A stretch of DNA of 64,000 nt from Candidatus Heimdallarchaeota archaeon (GTDB lineage: Archaea > Asgardarchaeota > Heimdallarchaeia > JABLTI01): contig JABCTZ010000032.1 of the NCBI GenBank assembly GCA_018238155.1, forward strand, positions 224,001 to 288,000, given 5' to 3'. This document shows positions 19,532 to 28,460 of the stretch, piece by piece. Positions within the stretch are counted from its first letter, which is position 1; each line of letters starts with the position of its first letter. Made by a program: the position numbers and the translations under genes. The notes under the pieces were generated by a model. It had not been told where the DNA came from and ran no database searches. It worked only from the letters and a program-made list of their open reading frames with translations.

Positions 19532-20096
19532 CCCATTAAACTGGTTAGCTTAAAGAGATACAAGAAAGTATTCATTTAGAGCTTTAAATACCATAATTCC
19601 TATTACTCTATTGAAGAATTGTATATTCTTTAAATCCCATAAACCTCTCTCCCTATATAAACTCCCTTTTCCTGAGACGAGGGCTCCTTTCTGCTCTCGT
19701 CCGGTTTAAAAAGCTCAAATCAATGTGGAATTTATTTTTAGAGAAATGATCAATTATTGACTTTTTCAAGTATGTGTTTTCCCATTTTTAATTAAAAAGA
19801 AGTTAAATACAAATATGATAAAGGAATGAAAAGAACTCTACTGAGAAAAAATAATTCTTGTAAGATACTGAAAAAATTATTTATTAGTGGATGGGGTTCC
19901 ACAATCTGAATACCCCATCCCATTTTTCCGTCTTCATATCTCGGGAGTGGAGAAGTGTATAACACCGAAGTGTTTTGAGAAACATTCACTTCTTCAAAGA
20001 AACACTAGGATTATCCATTAATTAATGTTCTCCGGAAATAATCAGACAAAATTAGTAGATTAAAAAGAAAAAGTGGGAGAGTACAATGGGATAAAT

Positions 20097-20513
20097 ATGA
20101 ATGACAACGAAGAAAAACAAATGTATACATTAAAAATAGAAGATGAAAAACTAATAGCATTTATGAGGGAGCTACAAGATAACCCTGAGATGGTCCTCAC
20201 TTGGTCAAAAGAAAGACAGAAATGGTATATACAAGGATTTTTTGATAGCAAGGGATCAGTATTCATTAATGACGAAGGACTGGTAATACTAGCCATAGAA
20301 AGTCGTAAACCGATAAAATTAGATCTAATCTCACAAATATTGAAAGAACGATTCAATATACAGTCTTTTGTTTTTCATTGTACGCATCTGGAAATATTAA
20401 CTGAACCCTCTCAGTTGCTAATGGCCGGTGTCTGGGATATGATAGAGTTCAATAAACAAATAGCTCATTCATCAAATAATGAAAGGGAGAGTTTTAGAGC
20501 AAAAAAGTATTAA
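20097..20513 (+). CDS. LAGLIDADG-like domain protein, catalytic acid replaced
   Basis: YIQGFFDSKGSV resembles the LAGLIDADG helix (GFFDxEG); ATG 20097. Confidence 0.5.
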   Translation: MNDNEEKQMYTLKIEDEKLIAFMRELQDNPEMVLTWSKERQKWYIQGFFDSKGSVFINDEGLVILAIESRKPIKLDLISQILKERFNIQSFVFHCTHLEILTEPSQLLMAGVWDMIEFNKQIAHSSNNERESFRAKKY

Positions 20514-20835
20514 TTGTATGTGTTTGGTAAATTAAGGGCTATTGTTTTAAATGAAAATTAAAAGTGTCGATTATATTGGTACAATTGGAACGACTTCAAT
20601 ACACTAAAATTTTAAACCGAATCCTGATGCTGATAGTACATTCCTAAATATCAAATCAATTATATCAATTCTAGATGAGATTTGGTATCACAATTAATAA
20701 AAGTTGAAACAATTCTACTTTTTAGAAGTTTAAATAGTTTAATTCAGTATGCTATTATATGATAAAAAATAACCTAAAATATAGATGGCATAAATCTTTT
20801 AAGTTTTACAGACTATTTTTCATTGGGGAAAACTT

Positions 20836-22410
20836 TTGGTTAAAATCATGCAAACAGTATCTAGGTTTTTGAATATTGTCCTTCTCATTGGAGTGGTAGT
20901 TCTCTCATTTTCTCATCAAGTTCTTCCTTCTCTCAACACTAAAATCTCATTTCTAAATGTTGCTGCTGCTAGACCTGCAACTAATCTCACGTTACAGTTT
21001 AGTACTTTTCTTGGTGGGAGTGACCCAGATCATGGACGTAGTATTTCTACTACTGAGGAAGGGAATTGTTATGTCACAGGTTTGACAGAATCAACGGATT
21101 TTCCAACCAAGAATGCTTTTGACAGCTCACTTGGAGGGGATTTGGATGCTTTTGTTTCTAAATTTGCTGCAGATGGTTCCTTACTCTGGAGTACTTTTCT
21201 TGGTGGTAGTAATTGGGATCGTGGTTCTGCAATCACAGCTACTTCTGAAGGGAGCTGTTATGTTATGGGAACGACGAATTCAAGTGATTTTCCACTCCAA
21301 AATGCCTATAACAGTACATTTAGTGGTTTTGAAGATATTTTTCTAGCAAAATTCTCAGCAAATGGGTTGCTACTCTGGAGTACTTACCTCGGTGGGAAAA
21401 ACATGGACTTTGCATCTGACATCGCTGTTACTAATGATGGCAGCTGTTATGTGACTGGTGAAACATTATCTAGTGATTTCCCCACCAAAAACGCTTATGA
21501 TAGCACGTTTAATGACGGTTTTATTGATGCTTTCGTTGCCAAATTTTCAGTAAATGGTACCCTCCTATGGAGTACCTACCTTGGAGGTATTGGTATTGAT
21601 GGGGGTTTTGATATTGCCATTCTCAATGAGGGTAGCTGCTATGTCACAGGTTATACTGCTTCAACTGATTTTCCTACACAAAACGCTTTTGATTCCATTC
21701 ATAATGGTGATTTGGATATCTTTGTTACTAAGTTTGACACTAGCGGGTCACTCCTTTGGAGTAGCTTTATTGGTGGGATAGGGTGGGATGAAGCTTATGG
21801 GATTGCTGCTGCAAGTGATGGCAGTTGTTATGTGACAGGCTATACTGGTTCAATTGACTTTCCCACATTAAATGCTTATAGTAATATCTACGATAACTGG
21901 GGTGATGCGTTTGTTGTCAAGTTTGATTCTGATGGTACCTTGCTCTGGAGCACTTTTCTTGGTGGTAATGGTATTGATCGTGGGTATGATATTGCAGTAT
22001 CCATTGACGGGAGTTGTTACTTAGTTGGTGAGACTTCTTCCACTAATTTTCCTACCATGAAAGCTTATGATGCTTCTAAAAATGATGGGTTTGATGTTTT
22101 TGTTACTAAGCTTTCTTCGGATGGGTTTCTCTTTTGGAGCACATATCTTGGAGGAAGTCGTTCTGATAGAGGATTTGGTATTGCTGTTTCTGAGGAAGGA
22201 AGTTGTTATGTAACTGGGATTACTTATTCAGATGACTTTCCTACACAGAATGCTTTTGATAAAACCTATGTTGCTAAGAGTAATGGTTTCGTTACAAAAT
22301 TCATTGAACCTTTTCAACCTGCAACTTTTTCTAAATATTTTTATGGGTTCTTAGGATTCATGGTCGTCGTTTTGGTCTTAGTAATTTTCTTGTATTTAAA
22401 ACGGAAGTAA
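20836..22410 (+). CDS. Membrane-anchored SBBP-repeat beta-propeller surface protein
   Basis: Seven repeats of STF/YLGG..D....I....GSCYVTG.T.S.DFPT.NA.D....G..DAFV.KF; signal peptide; C-terminal TM and KRK. Confidence 0.88.
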   Translation: MVKIMQTVSRFLNIVLLIGVVVLSFSHQVLPSLNTKISFLNVAAARPATNLTLQFSTFLGGSDPDHGRSISTTEEGNCYVTGLTESTDFPTKNAFDSSLGGDLDAFVSKFAADGSLLWSTFLGGSNWDRGSAITATSEGSCYVMGTTNSSDFPLQNAYNSTFSGFEDIFLAKFSANGLLLWSTYLGGKNMDFASDIAVTNDGSCYVTGETLSSDFPTKNAYDSTFNDGFIDAFVAKFSVNGTLLWSTYLGGIGIDGGFDIAILNEGSCYVTGYTASTDFPTQNAFDSIHNGDLDIFVTKFDTSGSLLWSSFIGGIGWDEAYGIAAASDGSCYVTGYTGSIDFPTLNAYSNIYDNWGDAFVVKFDSDGTLLWSTFLGGNGIDRGYDIAVSIDGSCYLVGETSSTNFPTMKAYDASKNDGFDVFVTKLSSDGFLFWSTYLGGSRSDRGFGIAVSEEGSCYVTGITYSDDFPTQNAFDKTYVAKSNGFVTKFIEPFQPATFSKYFYGFLGFMVVVLVLVIFLYLKRK

Positions 22411-22779
22411 TTACATTCCTTCTTTTTGTTAAGAAGTGTTCTTTAAAAAAGTATTATATTAATTTAGCGTTTCTTTGTTACAGTTAATTGTCTAATATTC
22501 CTATATATTGAAAATTGAAATATTTTATTGATTAAAAGTCAATCATTATTTCAAGTTTCGCACATTCTCTGTTTACAAATAACTTTTATTTTGTTTAAAT
22601 ACAGCTCTGATGTTTTATTGACAATAAATGAATTATGAATGGATATTGTACTATAATAAAACAAGTCTATAGACTTAATTTACCTATTTAACCATTAAAT
22701 ACACAAAAAATTTAAATAATTTGTTTGAGCATGTCTTTATGAACATATTCGTTCAAAGAAAATAAATGGAGGGTTTATT

Positions 22780-23691
22780 ATTTCTAAATTTAAGAAAATA
22801 ATGAGTTTGTTTATTCTAGTTGTATTTTTATCAAGTGTTGTAGTGACTTTTCCAAATGTTCGAGGTGCAACAAATTTTAATGGAACAGTTGAAAGTGAAT
22901 ATAGCGACCCAATGAGTGGGGTTACAATTATTCTTGCTGATTGTTATTTCAATATCCTCGACACGACAACAACAAACGGTCAAGGAGATTATAGTTTCTC
23001 TGTGAATCTAAACGGTAACTCCCCCTATTATCTAACAGCTACAAAAAATTACCGTTGGGATACTGATATGGAAATTGTCTATTCTGGAGGAACATATGAT
23101 TTCGAGCTTGATGCAGTTACTGAGAAAATAGCTGTCTTTTTCTGGGCATCCAATGCATGTAATAATGATGAAATAATAGATGGTTACATAGATATTCTTG
23201 AGGATGAAGGTTATACAAAGTTTTACGAATTTAAAGATAGTTCAAATGTTGTTTCAGCTTGTCAAACAGTTGATAGTTATGAACGTGATGTCGATACTAT
23301 TTTCGTCTATATTTTTGGGCATGGACTTAACAGTGGTAGTCATTCTTATACAAATTTCTCGATATCCGGATCAACAGTTTATTCTAATGACTTCCAAGAC
23401 TATATGGACGCTTGGGAATCACCTCGGAAATGTTTGCTGGTCGAATCGTGCTATTCTGGTGATTGGGCAGATGATTTTAACGCTAATCCCTATTTAGCTA
23501 TGTCTACATCTGATGAAAATCATGTATCAAAATATTATACGACATATGAGGAAGGGAAATTTTCTCATTGGTTCTTTGTACGTGTTGATGCAGGATATTC
23601 TGCTGCAAATTCTTTCACTTATGCTGCTGGTATATGTACAACTCAATATCCGAAGAAGAAAGATAACTCAGCCTATACTTGGTTTAATTAG
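22780..23691 (+). CDS. Secreted clan CD (caspase/legumain-fold) cysteine peptidase with an N-terminal carboxypeptidase-regulatory-like Ig domain
   Basis: TIFVYIFGHG and LLVESCYSG His/Cys dyad; signal peptide. Probable ATT start at 22780 (first ATG 22801). Confidence 0.75.
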   Translation: MSKFKKIMSLFILVVFLSSVVVTFPNVRGATNFNGTVESEYSDPMSGVTIILADCYFNILDTTTTNGQGDYSFSVNLNGNSPYYLTATKNYRWDTDMEIVYSGGTYDFELDAVTEKIAVFFWASNACNNDEIIDGYIDILEDEGYTKFYEFKDSSNVVSACQTVDSYERDVDTIFVYIFGHGLNSGSHSYTNFSISGSTVYSNDFQDYMDAWESPRKCLLVESCYSGDWADDFNANPYLAMSTSDENHVSKYYTTYEEGKFSHWFFVRVDAGYSAANSFTYAAGICTTQYPKKKDNSAYTWFN

Positions 23692-23954
23692 TGGAATAAA
23701 AGAAAGGTATGCTGTTAATTTTCTCTTTTTCTTTTTTCTATCAATTCTTATTAATACTGCTATAGTGATTGGTTAATATTCTAACAATAGAAATATCTCT
23801 TAATTAAAAATAATAAGAATAATAGTAAAAACGAATCCTGATTATACAATGATTCGTTGAACATAGTTATTATTTAATTACAACTAGGAAATAGCATGAA
23901 GATTTTTGAGAGAGAAAAGAAAGTCAATGTTTTACCAGTCATTGCAAATGATAA

Positions 23955-24172
23955 TCCTCACTTGGACAAAGGAAAGACAGAAATGGTATATACGAGGATT
24001 CTTCGATGGTAAAGGATTAGTATACTTAAATGAAAATGGATTGGTAATACTAGCTGTGGAAAGTCACAAACCGATCAAGTTAGATCTTATCAAGCAAATT
24101 TTGAAAAAACGATATAATATTCATTCTCTAGTTTTTTATGGAGCTCACACAGAAATATTAGCTGAACCATCT
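23955..24172 (+). pseudogene. Fragment copy of the LAGLIDADG-like gene
   Basis: 218-bp gapless homology to 20194-20411. Confidence 0.75.
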
Positions 24173-24571
24173 AGAAATAAATCAGAAAGATAGTTATATC
24201 CCAGTTTTGTTTCATACAATTCCGGATTCATCAGATCTGAGACGTTAAAGAATGACGCTGTAGCTATTCTTCCAATAATAATATCATCATAATTTATGAT
24301 CTTAATAACTTCCCCCAAAAAACTAGTATATAATTGAGACATTTTATAGGGGTTGGTTTTGCATGAAAGGTCAAGAATCATCAACCCCCCCACTTTTAGA
24401 ATCTTCTCGAAAAGCTAAGTAAGTGATATTTTCCTTCACAAAGATTTTCTTTATCTCGTTATTGTCTTTATATTGACCAACAATTTCGGGTTTGTGAATA
24501 TTTGTAATATTGACAACTTGCACACCTTGTGTGTCTGCTGCTAAATAAGCGTATTCTCCTTCAACATGAAA
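24173..24571 (-). pseudogene. LVIVD-repeat beta-propeller fragment, frameshifted at a G7 tract
   Basis: FHVEGEYAYLAADTQGVQVVNITNIHKPEIVGQY...ITYLA...S(GG)LMILDLS; frame changes at the C7 run 24385-24391 (plus strand). Confidence 0.7.
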
Positions 24572-24922
24572 CCCCTATTTTATAGGGTACAATATTTAAA
24601 GCAAAATTATTAGACCCTCCACTCGTAACTACTTTCATATCGGAATCATAGTGTTCACATCCTGCGATAAGATATATGGCGAGTTTCCACTAAGTGTTAC
24701 ACTAAGACTATAATAACCCGCACTATTTGTTGATGTATATCCTATTATATTGAAGTAACTATCAGTAATCACTATACTTGCTCCACTAAGTGGATTATTA
24801 TCTTCATCTTTAACATATCCAGTAAAGTTTGATAACGCATGAACATCAATTACTGATACAACCATTCCCGTTAAAATAACAGCTAAAATTATACAATTAA
24901 TTCTCTTTCTCAGTTTAGAAAT
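24570..24922 (-). pseudogene. N-terminal fragment of a paralog of the 22780 peptidase
   Basis: NFTGYV...PLSGASIVITDSYFNII..GNSPY, frameshift near 24674, then YLIAG..YDSDMKVVTSGG...KIGV, matching 22780-23691; catalytic domain lost. Confidence 0.8.
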
Positions 24923-25253
24923 TTTAATCCCACCTATTTCTTTCCTTAAAGGAAAACCTTATTTTATTAATTAATTATATATTTATATACTTTTTTCACA
25001 ATTATGTATCCAAATCAATTTATTTTTGTTATTACAAAAAATCTCTTTTTCTTCTATTTAACTAATAAGCCAATATCAATACAAATTCCTCCTAGAAAAA
25101 TCAAGGACTTAATATTGGTGTGTTAATACAAATTAAATTGTCTAACATTGAGAAATAATTTTTGCCTTCAATATTTTAGAAAAGAAAAAATTGACTGTAT
25201 CAATTAATGGATATGTAAACTTATAACAGTATGCTTTTAGCTAAATGTTAAAG

Positions 25254-25934
25254 CTATTTTCGTTTTTTAAGTAAAATAATTGTGATGATAATTATAAATG
25301 TTATAGCTGGTAAGACAGCTACAAAGATCAAGAATCCAACATCAGCATAGGTGTGAGTAGATTGATTGTGTGTGTTATTAAATATTGCAACAAAGGCATC
25401 ACGTGTAGCACCTAAGTTATTATCAAAAGCATCTTTTGTTGGAAAATTAGAGGAATAAGTTGTACCCACAATAAAACACCTACCATCATTAGTAACATCA
25501 ATATTATTTCCTTCATCAACTTGACTCCCACCAAGATAGGTACTCCATAGAAGATTTCCTTTAAACGAGAATTCAGATACAAAGATATCAAATGCTCCTT
25601 TTAAGGTATCAGAATTAGCTTTCTTTATGGGGAAATCAGGTGAACCTGTATAGCCTGTAACATAACAATTTCCTACAGTAGAAATTTCTACAGCATAAGC
25701 TCTATCAACATCACACCCACCGAGAAATGAGCTCCATTGTAAAGAGCCTGTCGAATCAAATTTGACAACAAATGCATCACCCCATGAGCTGTATTTGTTA
25801 TCATAGGCTTTTTTTGTGGGAAAATCGTTAGAATTAGTATAACCAGTCACGTAAAGACTTCCATCAATTGCAGTTGCAATATCCCAAACCTCATCGCACA
25901 ACATACCACCAAAGAAGGTATTCCAAAGGAGAGA
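25254..25934 (-). pseudogene. 5'-truncated SBBP-repeat surface protein
   Basis: Last three SBBP repeats, TM and KKRK; near-identical DNA stretch to 20836-22410 (WGDAFVVKFDS); no signal peptide. Confidence 0.8.
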
Positions 25935-26185
25935 TCGGAGTTATTGATTTTGCAGATTTATCTGTTGGTAACCCGATGATTGATGTTACCAAAGTATATA
26001 TCGATCATATTGGTGATGGTGCTTTTCAAGCATGCGTTGATGGATACGGCGAAATACAATTAGACCAAGTGAAATTTTTTGCTCTTGGCTGGCTTACTTG
26101 GTTAATTCCTGCTTTATGGAAGAGAAATGATTCTCAAGAACGAGTAGAACGTTTAGCGCAAGTTTTTGACTCTATCTGGAGATAA
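25931..26185 (+). pseudogene. C-terminal fragment of an APH/choline-kinase-family phosphotransferase
   Basis: GVIDFADLSVGNPMIDV motif; upstream sequence belongs to the SBBP fragment on the opposite strand. Confidence 0.6.
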
Positions 26186-26250
26186 TCTCAACTTAGAGTC
26201 ATTTTCTTGAACAAATTTTTTTCAGCGTGTCTGAAATGTGTTTTTTATCC

Positions 26251-26291
26251 GTAACCGAGATGTAGGTGTTCCAATCTCGGGTGACTAATCA
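26251..26291 (+). repeat. Degenerate copy of the tRNA-Tyr 3' half (putative attR)
   Basis: GTAACCGAGATGTAGGT-GTTCCAATCTCGGGTGACTAATCA versus tRNA GTGACCGAGATGACCCGAGTTCAAATCTCGGGGGCCAGACCA. Confidence 0.6.
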
Positions 26292-26368
26292 TTAACACAT
26301 TTTTATTTTTGATTGAAAAACCTTATTTTTGTAAACGATTACTATAAGATATAGGGTTATGACTCAAA

Positions 26369-26725
26369 ATGGAATTTTCGAGATTAGCTGGGAAAACTGC
26401 TGCAGATAAGAACAGCAATAAATTGGGTAAAATAATTCGAATTGAAAATTTACTTGGAAAAACTGTTAAAAAACTCAAACCACATGCGATTGTTCTTGTG
26501 CATAGAGTGTTCAAATCAGATGTTTTTGTTCCCCTGGATATTGATCTTTTGATAAAAGATGAAGGTTATTTTGCATGGTTTGATATTTTGAAAGAAGATT
26601 TTGATAAAGATGCTAAACAACAAAGAGCTGTTAAGGGCGTAAGAGAAACATATGGGAAATTTGTTGATGCTCCTGGTAATTTAAAATATCCAATGAAACT
26701 ACCTAGGAATAGAAGAAAAGAATAA
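26369..26725 (+). CDS. PRC-barrel-like protein
   Basis: FSRLAGKTAADKNSNKLGKIIRI...VFVPLD. Confidence 0.55.
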   Translation: MEFSRLAGKTAADKNSNKLGKIIRIENLLGKTVKKLKPHAIVLVHRVFKSDVFVPLDIDLLIKDEGYFAWFDILKEDFDKDAKQQRAVKGVRETYGKFVDAPGNLKYPMKLPRNRRKE

Positions 26726-26905
26726 ATTTCCAAAAACATTAATTTTCTAAGCTTTAGAAAAAAAACAACTAGGTTACTCCTACATCTTTTTAGATAAACA
26801 ATACGTGTTCAAATATTTAAACTCATAAATAGTCATTAAACTGATCTCTATCTATTAATGAATAACTATGTTCAAATCTTGGGTACTAGATCACTTGCTT
26901 CTGTA

Positions 26906-27376
26906 TCATTTTTGATTTTTTTCCAAATCGAGCAAGTGTTGGTATTGCCAATTGCGTTCCTTAGATGTGTTTGTTTTTGCAACGGAAGGCTCTGCAGCAT
27001 AAGTGATAGCTTTAGCGGCATAAGTAGCGGCGTGAACAGCATGACCGACAACATGAGCGGTTGCAGCAGAGTGTCCTGCAGCACGAGCAGCTGCGCAAGC
27101 TGCAGCTTGGTTAGTTTCACGTGCTGCTGCGTGGCTGGCGAATGCAGCACTACGTGCTTCGCTTATTGTTATTTCACTTCGTACCCAAGCACGTCCTGCT
27201 TCGATTGCTTTTCGAGGTCGCTTATCTTTCGGATATATCTCCTCGAAATATGTGAGTACATGCTCGGCGCAATCACTAGCCCAGAGCACTAATATTTTGT
27301 GATCCTGCTTGCTCACAAGTTCTGCAATCGATTTGCTTACTTTTGTATCTACAAATTTTATTCTTTCCAATTCCAA
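26906..27376 (-). CDS. Imm5-like putative immunity protein
   Basis: LWASDCAEHVL..FE...DKRPRKAIEAGRAW...AFASHAAAR...AARAAGHSAATAHV..HA. Confidence 0.75.
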   Translation of the reverse strand: MELERIKFVDTKVSKSIAELVSKQDHKILVLWASDCAEHVLTYFEEIYPKDKRPRKAIEAGRAWVRSEITISEARSAAFASHAAARETNQAAACAAARAAGHSAATAHVVGHAVHAATYAAKAITYAAEPSVAKTNTSKERNWQYQHLLDLEKNQK

Positions 27377-27474
27377 ACCTTCTCGAAATTAATTAAGCAC
27401 TTTAGAAAAAAGAGGAAAAGAATGCACTTCATAAAACATTCTTTCTCTTACTGTTTTTTGAAAAAACAACTAGA

Positions 27475-28323
27475 TCATCCAAGTATTATTTTTTTAGCAA
27501 CTTTATCAGCATTTGGTATATTCATTACCCTATATAGGAAATCTCGAACATTTGCTGGTAACTTATCAAGAGTGGAATATGGTTTACCTTCAACTTGAGA
27601 TAAAAGTTCCATAATTGAAGTAATAACGAGAAATACGACTATGGCATTTCCGGGTTCTTTTGTTTTTCTAAACCTTGCAGAAACAGACCTATTTACTAGT
27701 TCAACAAAATCTTGACGAGCAGGGGTTATACCTTGACTGATAAGATTATGAACAATTTCATCTATTCCCCTTTTTGGACCGCTTCTCAAAGATTTATTTA
27801 TTTCTGAAATAAAGGTGACTAACTCAATATCAATTATAACTCCAACATTTGGTATGGGAACTCCCGTTTGCTGTGCATTTTGTTTTGCCATATTTGCTGC
27901 TTCAGCTATAATTGAGTCTGTTTTTCTTACCACTCTTATACTTATAAAAGCAAGAGGACATGCACCAAAAAATAATACCCCACCAAGTATCATGAAAACC
28001 ATTTGTAACGTTTCTGCATTTGGATTATTTGCTATGAAATCCACTCTTCCTGTTACTACGACCATTACAGTACTGATTAGAATTAAACTCACAAATATCA
28101 ATATTATAACAGAAAATACTTTCCTTCTTGCAAAATTCTTATCCAAAATGGCTTTGTCATTATCAGAAATCTTTGTTAGACACATTTCACAAAATCCCTT
28201 AGGAGAGCAATGATGACATATTACTTTTTTACATAATGCACATTGCTTTGGTTGAGTTACATTTCCTTCTCTAGTATTTTTTCCACAATTTGAACAAACG
28301 TATCTTACACTTACAGATGACAT
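27475..28323 (-). CDS. Zn-finger membrane protein
   Basis: Four CxxC pairs at the N-terminus, two TM helices, helical C-terminal domain. Confidence 0.6.
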   Translation of the reverse strand: MSSVSVRYVCSNCGKNTREGNVTQPKQCALCKKVICHHCSPKGFCEMCLTKISDNDKAILDKNFARRKVFSVIILIFVSLILISTVMVVVTGRVDFIANNPNAETLQMVFMILGGVLFFGACPLAFISIRVVRKTDSIIAEAANMAKQNAQQTGVPIPNVGVIIDIELVTFISEINKSLRSGPKRGIDEIVHNLISQGITPARQDFVELVNRSVSARFRKTKEPGNAIVVFLVITSIMELLSQVEGKPYSTLDKLPANVRDFLYRVMNIPNADKVAKKIILG

Positions 28324-28460
28324 ATCTTGTTTTCATTCTCTATTGCTAAAAGTTTTTTCTTCAAAATCTATTATTGAATGATGACTTAGTAAAGCAATAT
28401 AACTTTCAATCTTTAGAAAAAAAATAATGCTATTTTTAAAGGAAATTAAACGATTTTCAT

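Larger units (their letters stand above)
17699..26291. mobile_element. Decayed integrative island at the tRNA-Tyr 3' end
   Basis: Starts at the tRNA 3' end and ends at a degenerate copy of the tRNA 3' half; duplicated gene types and many fragments; no integrase seen. Confidence 0.6.

Noticed and set aside
18859-19701. Selenocysteine reading of the HEPN TGA with the 19676 hairpin as SECIS
   Set aside because: No redox/Cys-like context, the hairpin lacks recognisable SECIS motifs, and an opposite-strand gene lies between
20551-20607. MKIKSVDYIG resembling an intein C-terminal block after the LAGLIDADG-like ORF
   Set aside because: No VYD or terminal HN motif follows, and there is no host gene
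20618-23842. 11-bp direct repeat CGAATCCTGAT flanking the SBBP-peptidase cassette; attC-like hairpin near 23830
   Set aside because: The same 11-mer occurs in unrelated coding sequence near 45832; the hairpin is too short and lacks the RYYYAAC box
20836-25934. Diversity-generating retroelement or CRISPR explanation for the repeats
   Set aside because: No reverse transcriptase seen, differences between copies do not look adenine-specific, and there is no repeat-spacer array; the repeats are protein-coding
26858-27292. Cys/Ser-rich + strand ORF and Leu/Gln-rich alternate-frame ORF
   Set aside because: Shadows of the Ala-rich Imm5-like gene
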